The translations under genes and the position numbers were made by a program. A stretch of 64,000 nucleotides of DNA from NCBI GenBank assembly GCA_964627245.1, contig CAZVGS010000001.1, positions 89,256-153,255 on the forward strand. Direction: 5' to 3'. The DNA comes from an uncultured Gammaproteobacteria bacterium. GTDB taxonomy: Bacteria; Patescibacteriota; Microgenomatia; Levybacterales; GWA1-39-11. This document shows positions 42,939 through 52,949 of this stretch, piece by piece. Under the pieces are notes generated by a model. The model was not told the origin of the DNA, searched no databases, and was given only the letters and a program-made list of their open reading frames with translations. Every line of letters starts with the position of its first letter. The stretch's first letter is position 1.

Positions 42939-43775
42939 CTAAAAACTCTGCCCTCTCTCTAATTTTCTTTGTTCATCTGTTTCATCCGGTCTTTCATAAT
43001 CATCCTGAACCCTCCATGTCTTGCCGTGCTCGGGTGTACTTACCTCAAAAACAGCACAATCAGTCATTCCCTGCTGTCTATGCCTTTGACCGACCGCAGT
43101 TGTATAACCTTTATCGTACTCCAAATTAAATGTAACCATTTGCCTGTCCGAATTCTCAGCTATCACATCGCACTGCCCATCAAGTATCCAATAGCTCTCT
43201 CTTTTTACTCTATGCGCCTTTTCGGATAGTCTGTCACCGGCGTTTATATGCAAGATCTTTACCATCAAAGGATCATCCTCTTTAGCAAAGTGAAGTTCGT
43301 GTCCCCAGGGTTTTCCTATACGCAAAACGTATTCCTCCGACTGGAAGTGATTGCGGTGCACCTCTCCATCCCAAGCCTCAGACATGGTACCCTCTAAAAT
43401 TCTGCTCACTACATGTGCCTCTATACTAAACCTTTGACCCTTGTGAAGTCTGTACCCAAGACCGGTCTCCATTTGTTCCTCAACAATATTTCCCTGCGGG
43501 TCTTCCATTCGAAGCGTTGCACGGCCGTCACGGAAAACAAGTATTCTAAATCTGTCATTTATCTGCTCGTCCATTTTCCCTCCTTCGTTAAACCTCAACT
43601 CAGAACCAATATACGGAAGCCCTTCGGGAGTAAAAAGATGTCTTTCTCCCCACGGGGCTGTTTCAACTTTTACAAAAGGGGTAACTGAAAAAGTTGAAGG
43701 ATCAAAATACCTTGCAGCATCCTGATAATTCAAGTTGTTAATGTCTATCTCTTCTTTTGTAGAATCCATGTTCAA
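42939..43775 (-). CDS. double-cupin protein, type II mannose-6-phosphate-isomerase-like (paralog B)
   Basis: KPWGHELHF…ILHINAGDRLSEKAHRVKRESYWILDG. Same length and architecture as the downstream neighbour. Confidence 0.5.
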   Translation of the reverse strand: MNMDSTKEEIDINNLNYQDAARYFDPSTFSVTPFVKVETAPWGERHLFTPEGLPYIGSELRFNEGGKMDEQINDRFRILVFRDGRATLRMEDPQGNIVEEQMETGLGYRLHKGQRFSIEAHVVSRILEGTMSEAWDGEVHRNHFQSEEYVLRIGKPWGHELHFAKEDDPLMVKILHINAGDRLSEKAHRVKRESYWILDGQCDVIAENSDRQMVTFNLEYDKGYTTAVGQRHRQQGMTDCAVFEVSTPEHGKTWRVQDDYERPDETDEQRKLERGQSF

Positions 43776-43851
43776 AATACGTCCACTCTTATCGTTGCAA
43801 GAATATCCTCAATTTTTTTTGGTTAAGAATTTTTCTGATCTCAGCCATGAG

Positions 43852-45234
43852 TTATTTAATAAGTGACTCTATGAGAGCTTTTAATTTATCTCTTTTTGCT
43901 TCCATCTCATTTTTATCAAAAGACTCAACATTTAACCTTAGAAGCGGCTCCGTATTTGACGTTCTGACAGACATTCTCCATGTCGGGTAAGAAATTGCGA
44001 CTCCATCCATTGTTTCAATCTCGCCGTCTGAATATTTCTCCTTCAGTGCATCAAGAATTTCCGGCGCATTTGTAACCTTAAAGTTAAATTCACCCGACTC
44101 AAAACTTCTTCTATTTTCCTCAACTATCTCAGAAAGCGGCCGCGCTTCTTCAGTCATGACCTGTAGAACGGTCAAAATCATAGGCATTTGACTTTCTGCG
44201 TTTCCTGTATTTCTAAAAAAGTAATGGCCTGAGGATTCGCCTGCAAAAATACCACCCGAATCATTCAATCCTTCAGTAATGTAAGCGTGTCCGACTTTGG
44301 TAACCATCATTTTTCCGCCATTCTCCTCAATGATTTTTTTAGGGGTAAGAAGGTACCTAATATCAACCAGTATCTGCTCACCCGGATTTTCCTTAAGAAG
44401 CTCTTTTGCAACTATTGAGGTAATTATTGTAGGAGGAATTATCTGGCCCTTTTCATCTATAAAAAATAGCCTGTCCCCATCCCCATCCGGCGCAAGACCA
44501 AGATCGGCATTTTCTTCTATAACTTTTTTCTGAAGATCAACCAGAGTCTCAGATTGCAACGGATCAGGCTGGTGCGCAGGGAAATTTCCATCTAAATCAA
44601 AGTTCATCTTGACTAAATCTGCATCAACTTTAGAAAAAATTGCGCCTATGTATTGTGCTCCCATAGCATTTGCGGTATCGGCAACAATCTTAAATTTATT
44701 AAAATTCGGATTACCTACAATTTTTAAGGCATTTTCCACTTCCTCCTCTAAGAAACCGTCCTTCTTGTCAACTTTTCCTCCTTCTTTTTCAGGCAAACTC
44801 TCTCCGGAAAGGGCCATCTTCTTTATTTCTTCCAGGCCTTGAGATCTTCCAATTTTCAACAGCCCTTTGGGACTGTTTTTTACGATTTTAATACCGTTCC
44901 ATTCTTTAGGATTGTGTGATGCCGTAACCTGAAAGCCCGCTTCGTATCCATAGTGACTGACACAAAAATAAAAGGTGGGAGTTGAGACAACCCCGATATC
45001 AATCACATGCGCTCCTAAAGAAACTAGTGTTTTAATAGCTGCTTCTGTTAATGACGGTGAGGATGTGCGCATATCCGTACCGACAACCAATTTTAACGGC
45101 TCGTTTTCGTCTTTTCCTTCGTGTAAAAATTTATAAATTGCCTTAACAATCGGAACTATTTTTTCTTCGTCCATCTCGTCCGGATATATTGCGCGGATAT
45201 CGTAACCTTTGAAGATGTGTTCGGGTATATTCAT
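43852..45234 (-). CDS. phosphomannomutase/phosphoglucomutase
   Basis: TASHNPKEWNGIK (phospho-Ser loop), PDGDGDR (Mg loop) and GESSGH motifs. Confidence 0.85.
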   Translation of the reverse strand: MNIPEHIFKGYDIRAIYPDEMDEEKIVPIVKAIYKFLHEGKDENEPLKLVVGTDMRTSSPSLTEAAIKTLVSLGAHVIDIGVVSTPTFYFCVSHYGYEAGFQVTASHNPKEWNGIKIVKNSPKGLLKIGRSQGLEEIKKMALSGESLPEKEGGKVDKKDGFLEEEVENALKIVGNPNFNKFKIVADTANAMGAQYIGAIFSKVDADLVKMNFDLDGNFPAHQPDPLQSETLVDLQKKVIEENADLGLAPDGDGDRLFFIDEKGQIIPPTIITSIVAKELLKENPGEQILVDIRYLLTPKKIIEENGGKMMVTKVGHAYITEGLNDSGGIFAGESSGHYFFRNTGNAESQMPMILTVLQVMTEEARPLSEIVEENRRSFESGEFNFKVTNAPEILDALKEKYSDGEIETMDGVAISYPTWRMSVRTSNTEPLLRLNVESFDKNEMEAKRDKLKALIESLIK

Positions 45235-45242
45235 TCGGTAGA

Positions 45243-45920
45243 TTATGTTAACTTTGAAAGTATTAAGATGTCAAGATGCTTTGATAAACTGGTTGGTAAA
45301 GCCCCGGTCTTGAGTTTGATTTCCGTCTGCTTGAGCGCTTCGTAGAATGAAAAGAGACTTTCTTTCTTCCACATCTGAATTTGTCTTTTAAGATTTGATA
45401 GCTGCCATGGGGACATTTTTTCGGTTTCCTCGGTTCTTTCGCCTTTTGAGATCACAACCAGCTGTCTTACTCTTTTAAGTAGTGAATAGAAAACCTGCTC
45501 CGGTGCGTAGCTTTGTAAAAGCTCATGGTAAAGCTTAAAAGATTCTTTTTTACTTCTTGGGGAAAGTGTATCCAAAAATCTAAAATAATAGCTTGGAAGT
45601 AAAAATTCCTCAATTTTTGCGTTCTTAAGGGACGAAAAGCTGGTTTTTAATGCTTTTTTATCCTCCCATAAAATAATTGGAAATGTGGATTTTTCTGTAC
45701 TTAAATAGGAAAGGATTTCTTTTTTTTTCGGATTTTTAGTAATGTTTTCGACAACAACTGCCTTGTTCTCTTCAAAAAGCCCTGATGATAAAATGCTTTC
45801 CTCAAGTTCTTTTAACTGTAAATATTTACCGTCAAAAGTATTTGTGATCAATCCTTCACAAAGCGCAATCAAACGTTTGCGTGAGCTGGTTGTGTCGTCT
45901 CCATGCAGTATATAAATCAT
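45243..45920 (-). CDS. holA: possible DNA polymerase III delta subunit (short)
   Basis: N-terminal MIYILHGDD… and the overall helical pattern resemble HolA. 225 aa is short. Tentative. Confidence 0.4.
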   Translation of the reverse strand: MIYILHGDDTTSSRKRLIALCEGLITNTFDGKYLQLKELEESILSSGLFEENKAVVVENITKNPKKKEILSYLSTEKSTFPIILWEDKKALKTSFSSLKNAKIEEFLLPSYYFRFLDTLSPRSKKESFKLYHELLQSYAPEQVFYSLLKRVRQLVVISKGERTEETEKMSPWQLSNLKRQIQMWKKESLFSFYEALKQTEIKLKTGALPTSLSKHLDILILSKLT

Positions 45921-46360
45921 AATTTTGCCGAATTTTTATATCTATCAAACAATGTATTAACCTCCCTGTCAATTCTTGTGTTTCCGTACTTATGGGGAAG
46001 AAGACTCCCGGAAAAGTTTTTCGGTATGTGTAAAAGCTCATGAATAATAACTTTTTTTCTGTCTTCATGATTTAGCCTGTCAAATTTTTCAGATATTATT
46101 TCCATGACATAAGCGGGATCTATCTCAAGCGCTGTCTGGAAGATCTTTGGAAATGACCAGATCCTGGCGTAAGCCCGGGCTTTTGAACCGGTAGTCCTGT
46201 AGCAAAAAACCCTCTTTGAATCTATATGAGACATATCAAGAGCGTCTATTATTTCTTCCATCTCCTTTTGAATTGCATGATCAACCTCCCATTCGAGCTT
46301 AACCGTTTTTTTTCTTTTAATAACTTTCTTTTTGGGTTTTGATGTAAAGAAAAATGTCAT
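45917..46360 (-). CDS. predicted metallopeptidase (HExxH, COG4900-like)
   Basis: RAYARIWSFPKIFQ…VIIHELLHIPKNFSGSLLPH. Confidence 0.45.
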   Translation of the reverse strand: MTFFFTSKPKKKVIKRKKTVKLEWEVDHAIQKEMEEIIDALDMSHIDSKRVFCYRTTGSKARAYARIWSFPKIFQTALEIDPAYVMEIISEKFDRLNHEDRKKVIIHELLHIPKNFSGSLLPHKYGNTRIDREVNTLFDRYKNSAKL

Positions 46361-46361
46361 C

Positions 46362-47507
46362 TTAAAAGAACAGCTTAACGAATTCTACTACAACAATTTT
46401 TGATATGTCAGTATCATTCCTATTGCTTTCGAGTAATTTCCTAAATTCTGATATCTTTTCAACGGCTGCCCCTTTAACGGCCTCAAGAAGAGGCTGGCCT
46501 TTCTTCTTTTCCATCTTTTGACTTTGTTCATAATATTTTGTCTGCCTGCCATCCTTCACAAATGAAAATGTGTCAAACACTCCTCCCTGGGAACTCAAAA
46601 GAAAAGGGGTAATTGCAACGATTTTGTCACTGTCGTTATTCCAAAAATTCTCATAAGCAATTTTATAGTAATTGGCTATTAGACTTTCAGGGAGCTTGGT
46701 GCTGTCCCATCCGGTCTCCGTAATAAAGGCGGGTTTTTTACCATTTGTGTGCGAGTTTATGAGGTTGTATTCGAATTGATACGTTGTTATTCCGACTGGC
46801 TTATTTTTTAAGGGAGGCGCTACAAACCCGGGATTAGGATATGAATGAGAAGCAAAACCGTCAATTTTGTTAAAAATTTCCGGATTATACTCAACCATTT
46901 CTTCCAGAAAAACCATATTATCCATATACTTCACCCTGTCATTTGGCGACGCATTATCAAGCCCCGCCATGATCATGTAGAAATTTGTATTTCTATTTTT
47001 AAATATCTCTACTGCATAAGAAAGGATGTCAGCATATTCTTTCGGATTTGGAGGCTCACCGGACCATTCATCAAACCTGTTTACTTCGTTGAAAAGTATC
47101 ACATACCTATTCTCAACCGGCCACGAAAGACTATCTAAAAAATTGGCAAAGTCCAAAACATCAAGCGTTGTGGGCTTAGACCAAACCGAGGTATTTTGAT
47201 AATCCGCTTGAGTTGCAAGCCTAATAATCGGTATCAACTTATAAGTCTTACAATCGTTCATGAATTTTTGCCATTTCTCAAGATCTTTGTCTCCTGCCTG
47301 AATGGGAATCGTTACATAACCCCATTCGCCTGTTTTGGAATTAACAAGATTTGCGGCATCAGAAAGCTCGGAAGGAAATAAAATGTGAATGCCGTGGAAA
47401 TTATTCGGACGCGACAAAGGATCAAAAAAAGCTCTTGAGTAATTCTTAGGGTAAAAAAGAAAAAGAATTAGTAAAAATAACCATACAAAAAAAACTATTT
47501 TTCTCAT
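46362..47507 (-). CDS. secreted clan GH-A-like glycoside hydrolase
   Basis: Signal/TM N-terminus. Candidate acid/base in ILFNEVN and nucleophile in AFITETGW. Confidence 0.55.
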   Translation of the reverse strand: MRKIVFFVWLFLLILFLFYPKNYSRAFFDPLSRPNNFHGIHILFPSELSDAANLVNSKTGEWGYVTIPIQAGDKDLEKWQKFMNDCKTYKLIPIIRLATQADYQNTSVWSKPTTLDVLDFANFLDSLSWPVENRYVILFNEVNRFDEWSGEPPNPKEYADILSYAVEIFKNRNTNFYMIMAGLDNASPNDRVKYMDNMVFLEEMVEYNPEIFNKIDGFASHSYPNPGFVAPPLKNKPVGITTYQFEYNLINSHTNGKKPAFITETGWDSTKLPESLIANYYKIAYENFWNNDSDKIVAITPFLLSSQGGVFDTFSFVKDGRQTKYYEQSQKMEKKKGQPLLEAVKGAAVEKISEFRKLLESNRNDTDISKIVVVEFVKLFF

Positions 47508-47549
47508 CGTGAATAATCATAAAGGAATTGAGGCTTGAGGTCAAACGTA

Positions 47550-47723
47550 TTAGCTTTTTTTCCTTGAGCTTTTTTCAGGTAAAAACCAAAGGATAACTCC
47601 GCCGACAGCAAAAAGTGCGCCGGTCAACTGACTTCCTTCTGAGGTAAATTGCTGAAATTGGGGGTAAAAATAAATGATAACTCCAACTACTACTAAAATT
47701 AGGGCAAGATTGCGCTTGTTCAT
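47550..47723 (-). CDS. small two-TM membrane protein
   Basis: Internal Met (MNKRNLALILVVVGVIIYF…) of track ORF 47550..47810. The longer form would overlap the dus start region. Confidence 0.35.
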   Translation of the reverse strand: MNKRNLALILVVVGVIIYFYPQFQQFTSEGSQLTGALFAVGGVILWFLPEKSSRKKS

Positions 47724-47792
47724 ATCCCATTTAGCGTACCACCTTTCAAAAAAAATTGTCAATAGGTAAAAAAAGATAAAGTATAATACAGT

Positions 47793-48770
47793 ATGAAATT
47801 TTCTTGGCAAAATATAGAAAAACCCTTTTTTGTACTAGCTCCCATGGAGGGAGGGACAGACACTGTTTTTAGACAAATCGTCGCTTCTTGCGGCAGACCT
47901 GATGTGATGTTTACTGAATTTACGAATGTTGAGGGGCTTATGTCCAAAGGCAGGGATGACGTTGCAATAAGACTTAAATTTGAAAAATTTGAAAAACCTT
48001 TGATTGCACAAATCTGGGGAAAAGATCCCAATTCTTATTTTGAAGTTGCAAAACAGCTGGTTGAAATGGGGTTTGACGGGATAGATATCAATATGGGATG
48101 CCCGGAGCGCACGGTTGTTAGAAATGGATGCTGCTCTGCCCTTATTGAAAACCACGCACTTGCTAAAGAAATAATTGACGCAGTCAAAAAAGGAGCAGAA
48201 AACCTACCCGTTAGTGTCAAAACACGCATCGGATTTAAAACTATCCAAACAGAAGAGTGGCTCGGTTTTCTTCTGCAACAAAATCTCGATGCCCTGACGA
48301 TCCATTTCCGTACTCAAAAAGAAATGTCATTGGTTCCTGCCCACTGGGAAGAAGCGAAAATGGCTGTGAGCATGCGCAATAATATCTCAAAACAAACTGT
48401 AATTATTGGAAATGGAGACGTAATGAGCCGTAATCAAGGCATAGAGTTGGCACAAAAATACAGCTTGGACGGGATCATGATAGGACGCGGAGTTTTTCAC
48501 AATCCATACGTATTTGACGAATCGGTAAATTATGAATTACAGACTAAACAGGAGAAAATAGAACTGTTAAAAAAACACCTGAATCTTTTTGAAAAAACCT
48601 GGAAAGATAAGTACAAAGTCGATGAAAAAACTTATAACAAGCTTTATCCTCCCCTAAAAAGGTTTTTCAATATATATATAAGTGGATTCGACGGAGCAGC
48701 TGAGCTTAGAGGTGAATTAATGTTTACCACAAATATCGAAGAGGCAAGACTGATTTTTTCTAAAATGTAA
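47793..48770 (+). CDS. dus: tRNA-dihydrouridine synthase
   Basis: LAPMEGGTDTVFRQI, DINMGCP, and TIM-barrel FMN-binding segments. Confidence 0.8.
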   Translation: MKFSWQNIEKPFFVLAPMEGGTDTVFRQIVASCGRPDVMFTEFTNVEGLMSKGRDDVAIRLKFEKFEKPLIAQIWGKDPNSYFEVAKQLVEMGFDGIDINMGCPERTVVRNGCCSALIENHALAKEIIDAVKKGAENLPVSVKTRIGFKTIQTEEWLGFLLQQNLDALTIHFRTQKEMSLVPAHWEEAKMAVSMRNNISKQTVIIGNGDVMSRNQGIELAQKYSLDGIMIGRGVFHNPYVFDESVNYELQTKQEKIELLKKHLNLFEKTWKDKYKVDEKTYNKLYPPLKRFFNIYISGFDGAAELRGELMFTTNIEEARLIFSKM

Positions 48771-48801
48771 TCAAGCGATATGCTTGTGCTATTATTTACA
48801 G

Positions 48802-49287
48802 GTGAGAATACTCGGAATCGACCCCGGAATTGGGCGTATGGGGTGGGGAATAATCGACAAGGAGGGACAAAAAGTAGCCCCGGTTGATTTTGGCTGCTCG
48901 ACAACCGAGTCGACAACCGATATAGCCACAAGGCTCAAAGAGATACACAGATGTGTTGCCGATTTGATCGCAAAATACGAGCCTACTGAATTTGCAATTG
49001 AAGAGCTCTTCTTCAATACCAATGCAAAAACAGCTTTTGTCGTTGGCCAAGCACGGGGAGTTATACTTCTTGCCGCAGGGCAAAACAATCTTACGCCTGC
49101 CATATACACCCCCCTGCAAGTAAAAATTGCGCTCACAGGATACGGCAGAGCCGAAAAAAGACAGGTGGGAGAGATGGTCAAAAACAGTCTCAAGCTTGAA
49201 AAAATACCAACCCCCGACGACACGGCGGACGCATTAGCAGTAGCCCTTACCCATGCCTTTTCAGTTAAGCAGAAAAGGGTGCTATAA
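48802..49287 (+). CDS. ruvC: crossover junction endodeoxyribonuclease RuvC
   Basis: GTG start giving VRILGIDPGIGRMGWGII. Also EELFFN and TPDDTADALAVAL motifs. Confidence 0.85.
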   Translation: MRILGIDPGIGRMGWGIIDKEGQKVAPVDFGCSTTESTTDIATRLKEIHRCVADLIAKYEPTEFAIEELFFNTNAKTAFVVGQARGVILLAAGQNNLTPAIYTPLQVKIALTGYGRAEKRQVGEMVKNSLKLEKIPTPDDTADALAVALTHAFSVKQKRVL

Positions 49288-49294
49288 TCACTTC

Positions 49295-49867
49295 ATGATC
49301 GGACTTGTTAAAGGAACAGTTGATACCATACGCTCATCATTTATCCTGATTGATACCGGACCTGTTGGCTACAAAGTACTCGTAACCCAAAATATCCTGG
49401 CAAAAAAAAAGGTAGGAGACAGCATCAAGTTATATACATATACCCATGTCAGGGAAGACGCTTTGGATCTTTTCGGATTTAGTACCGTTGAAGATTTATC
49501 TCTTTTCGAACTTTTCTTGACTGTTCCAGGAGTAGGACCCAAAACTGCACTCGGCATTTTTTCAGCAGGAGATTCAAAGCAGATAACAAACGCGGTACTG
49601 ACCGCAGATGTTGCCTTTTTTGCAAAAGTGCCCAGGCTCGGAAAAAAGAACGCTCAAAAGGTAATTCTTGAGCTGAGAGGCAAATTGGGAGACACCGAAT
49701 CAACTTTGGACTTTGCAGCGCAAGACGAAGAAAAAGAGATATCAGCGGCTCTGAAAGGCTTTGGATTTAAGCCTGAGGAAATTTCCGAAGTTCTCAAAAA
49801 AATCCGCGGACACGACGGGACAGTCGAGCAAAAAATGAAACTGGCTCTCAAGCAATTGGCAAAATGA
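49295..49867 (+). CDS. ruvA: Holliday junction branch migration protein RuvA
   Basis: MIGLVKGTV… OB-fold N-terminus and HhH motifs (VPGVGPKTALGI, VPRLGKKNAQKV). The start is moved to the internal Met of the track ORF. Confidence 0.85.
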   Translation: MIGLVKGTVDTIRSSFILIDTGPVGYKVLVTQNILAKKKVGDSIKLYTYTHVREDALDLFGFSTVEDLSLFELFLTVPGVGPKTALGIFSAGDSKQITNAVLTADVAFFAKVPRLGKKNAQKVILELRGKLGDTESTLDFAAQDEEKEISAALKGFGFKPEEISEVLKKIRGHDGTVEQKMKLALKQLAK

Positions 49868-50892
49868 CACAAGATACAAAACCCAAAAAAAAGGCAGACG
49901 TCATAGACTCAGAGGAAGAAGTGGTATTTACCTCTCTTCGTGCCACTTCGTGGGATGAATTTTGCGGCCAGGCGACTGTCAAAAAATCCCTCCAGATAGC
50001 AATTGCAGCAGCACAAAATAGATCGGAGGCGATCGAGCACGTACTTCTTTACGGCCCTCCCGGTCTTGGAAAAACGAGCCTTTCACACCTGATCGCCCGC
50101 GAGATGAATTCAAATATCAGAATGACTTCAGGACCTGCGATCGTTAGGGTCGGGGATTTGGCAGCAATTTTAACCAACCTTGAAAAGGGAGATGTGTTAT
50201 TTATCGATGAAATCCACCGGCTTAATACGGCGGTTGAGGAAACACTTTACTCTGCTATGGAAGATTACGCTCTTGATGTAATTATGGGAAAGGGTCCCTC
50301 CGCCCGTACTTTACGCCTTGATCTTCCTCAATTTACCGTAATAGGTGCAACGACTAGGGTAGGCATGCTCTCCGCTCCCCTCAGAGACAGATTTGGTGTT
50401 ATTCATCACCTCACCTTTTACAATCCGTCAGAGCTTTCGGTCATCATAAAAAAGGCCGCCAAAAAACTCACCATCGGAATCGATGACGATGCTGTGGGGG
50501 AATTAGCAAAAAGAGCGCGGGGCACACCTAGAATAGCATTAAGACTACTCAAAAGGGCACGCGACTACGCAAGCGTGCACGAAAAAACAACGGTTAACTG
50601 CGATGTGGTAATCGATGCTTTAGATCTTATCGAGATCGACCCACTAGGACTGGATCCCATCGACAGGCACTATCTGAATGCTGTTATCAACAAACACGGT
50701 GGAGGGCCTGTGGGAGTGGAGACAATAGCTGCAAGCATTTCAGAGGATGTAGAGACAATCGAGGAAGTAGTCGAGCCGTATCTCATGCAGATAGGGTTTA
50801 TTAAGAGATCCCCAAGAGGAAGAGTAGCAACTGACGCTTCCTATTATCACTTGGGAATAAACCTGCCGAAAGAGAGAGTTAGCGAAAAATAA
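49864..50892 (+). CDS. ruvB: Holliday junction ATP-dependent DNA helicase RuvB
   Basis: LLYGPPGLGKTSL, FIDEIHRL and GTPRIALRLL motifs. ATGA coupling with ruvA. Confidence 0.93.
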   Translation: MTQDTKPKKKADVIDSEEEVVFTSLRATSWDEFCGQATVKKSLQIAIAAAQNRSEAIEHVLLYGPPGLGKTSLSHLIAREMNSNIRMTSGPAIVRVGDLAAILTNLEKGDVLFIDEIHRLNTAVEETLYSAMEDYALDVIMGKGPSARTLRLDLPQFTVIGATTRVGMLSAPLRDRFGVIHHLTFYNPSELSVIIKKAAKKLTIGIDDDAVGELAKRARGTPRIALRLLKRARDYASVHEKTTVNCDVVIDALDLIEIDPLGLDPIDRHYLNAVINKHGGGPVGVETIAASISEDVETIEEVVEPYLMQIGFIKRSPRGRVATDASYYHLGINLPKERVSEK

Positions 50893-50939
50893 AGCAAAGA
50901 TAGACAGCAAAACCTGTCAATAGCCTCCACAGTATCTGT

Positions 50940-51671
50940 TTATTTTTTGGAAATATTGAGGACTTTTTTTACAGGTGTTGCTTTTTTTGAAAGTGTTTTT
51001 TTAACAATCTCATTAATTATTATTCCATCTTTAAGCTCAATATTTCTCTGAGCTAATTTAGCGTACTCAGATTCATGAGTAACCATAATAATAGTTTGAC
51101 CCTGCCGATGCAAATCTAAAAAAATATCCAGCACTTTTTCAGAGGATTCGGAATCAAGATTTGCGGTAGGCTCATCGGCAAAAAGAATTTTTGGATTGTG
51201 AACAATTGCCCTTGCAATACTTACGCGTTGTTGCTGCCCGCCGGAAAGTTGGCTTGGAAGATTATCCAACCTATCCTGAAGATCAACCTTCATAAGAGCA
51301 TCTATAGCTTTTTTTTGAGCCACGCTTTCATCTAAACCCTGCATGAGAAGTGGCATCATGACATTTTCTTTGGCAGTAAGCATAGGAAGGATGGCATAGT
51401 CTTGGAAGATATATCCCAAATTTTTTAGCCTAAATGATATTTTTTCCTCACTCGTCAGTTTAGTTGTGTCTATGTCCTCAATAGTAACAGTGCCCTGATT
51501 TGGTGTGTCAAGCAAGCTAAGCTGATATAATAATGTGCTCTTGCCGGACCCTGACATGCCTGTAATTGCTAAGAACTGTCCACCCGGTACACTAAAGCTA
51601 ATTTTTTTTAATGCCGTTAGTGTGTTGTCACCGATTGTAAATATTCTCGTTACGTCTTTTACTGTGATCAT
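50940..51671 (-). CDS. ABC transporter ATP-binding protein (MacB/LolD type)
   Basis: [17 protein letters not shown] and LFADEPT motifs. Confidence 0.85.
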   Translation of the reverse strand: MITVKDVTRIFTIGDNTLTALKKISFSVPGGQFLAITGMSGSGKSTLLYQLSLLDTPNQGTVTIEDIDTTKLTSEEKISFRLKNLGYIFQDYAILPMLTAKENVMMPLLMQGLDESVAQKKAIDALMKVDLQDRLDNLPSQLSGGQQQRVSIARAIVHNPKILFADEPTANLDSESSEKVLDIFLDLHRQGQTIIMVTHESEYAKLAQRNIELKDGIIINEIVKKTLSKKATPVKKVLNISKK

Positions 51672-51674
51672 ATA

Positions 51675-52949
51675 TTATCTTCCTAAAATCGCATCTAACG
51701 TATTTTGTTTGGTTACCATTCTTGCCGGAACATACCCCGAGATAAATGCGGTTAGAGTCAGGATAAGGCCTCGCATAACAAGCCCGCTTGTGGTAACTGC
51801 TAACTTCCCTTCCGTTACCGGGAATTTGAGAGGGTGAATATCAAACCAAGGCGCTAAAAACCAGATAATAATAAGACTTGAAAAAATTATTCCAGATAAG
51901 GCATAAAATAGTGACTGCATCACATACGAGACCTCAATTGACCGAGCTGATATCCCAATACCCTTCATGATACCTATATATTTTCTTCTTGTTATGGCAT
52001 TTACAAAAATTACAATAAAAATTGTAATAGCGCCTACAATAAGAGAAATTACACCCACAATATTACCCAGCATTGAAAAAGTCTTTTTCATATCAGATAT
52101 AGCTTTTGGCAATGTTTCTTCTGCGGTTTCGACAATAACGTCGGTGTCATAAGAGAAATTTTTTAGTATATACTCCTTTGCTTCTTCCCTGCTTGAGTCA
52201 GGGTTCAACAATACTGCAATTTCACTAGCATTAAGACTATGATTGTTGATAAGTGGACGCATTGTACTTTCAAGCATGAATGCACGGCCGTCGACCGTGC
52301 TATTTCCTGTATCAACTATTCCCCTCACAAAAACGTCGATATCCTCATTGCCAATAATCAGCTTTAGTCGAGATCCAATGGTTATATCCTTCAACCGTGG
52401 CTCTGTTGAGGAGCCCTGAGAGTATTCTACAAGAAGACTTTTTCCCAGTATAATTCCATCCGTGTCATATTCCTTCAAATATTCGCCTAAAATAATTTCA
52501 GAGGATATTCCCGTAACTGCATCTTCATCTTTCGGATTAATTCCAACTATCGTGCTGTTTACTCTCTGTCCAATATCAATAGCGCGGATTTTTACTTTAT
52601 TTTCATTTTCTAGTATTGCTGGTGTCGTGTATCTGCTTGAAGACGCCTGATAAGAAGGCAGGCTTTTTATCACAGAATTCAACATGCTAGACTGCGATAT
52701 TGAGACGTACTGAGTAGCTGGTTTTATTAAAATGTCTGACGAATAATAAGTCTTAAAAGAATTCATCATACCTTCAGCCAAACCGGTCAAAATTCCACCC
52801 ATCAACACCATATTAAGGAAAGTTAGTGACATTACAAAAATAATAAGAGCAGTTGACCAGGGATTATTACGTTTTAATTCTCGGAAAGCTAAGAATTGAC
52901 CTACAAATATATCTTTCTGAAATTTACTGAAGAGATCTAGTATTTTCAT
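51675..52949 (-). CDS. ABC transporter permease (FtsX/MacB type)
   Basis: N-terminal TM helix, a large extracytoplasmic domain, and a C-terminal FtsX-like 3-TM bundle. Confidence 0.75.
   Translation of the reverse strand: MKILDLFSKFQKDIFVGQFLAFRELKRNNPWSTALIIFVMSLTFLNMVLMGGILTGLAEGMMNSFKTYYSSDILIKPATQYVSISQSSMLNSVIKSLPSYQASSSRYTTPAILENENKVKIRAIDIGQRVNSTIVGINPKDEDAVTGISSEIILGEYLKEYDTDGIILGKSLLVEYSQGSSTEPRLKDITIGSRLKLIIGNEDIDVFVRGIVDTGNSTVDGRAFMLESTMRPLINNHSLNASEIAVLLNPDSSREEAKEYILKNFSYDTDVIVETAEETLPKAISDMKKTFSMLGNIVGVISLIVGAITIFIVIFVNAITRRKYIGIMKGIGISARSIEVSYVMQSLFYALSGIIFSSLIIIWFLAPWFDIHPLKFPVTEGKLAVTTSGLVMRGLILTLTAFISGYVPARMVTKQNTLDAILGR

Noticed and set aside
48792-49223. 143-aa and 107-aa minus-strand ORFs antisense to ruvC
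   Set aside because: The plus-strand frame is unmistakably RuvC (ILGIDPG…, DDTADALAVAL). The antisense ORFs are shadows.
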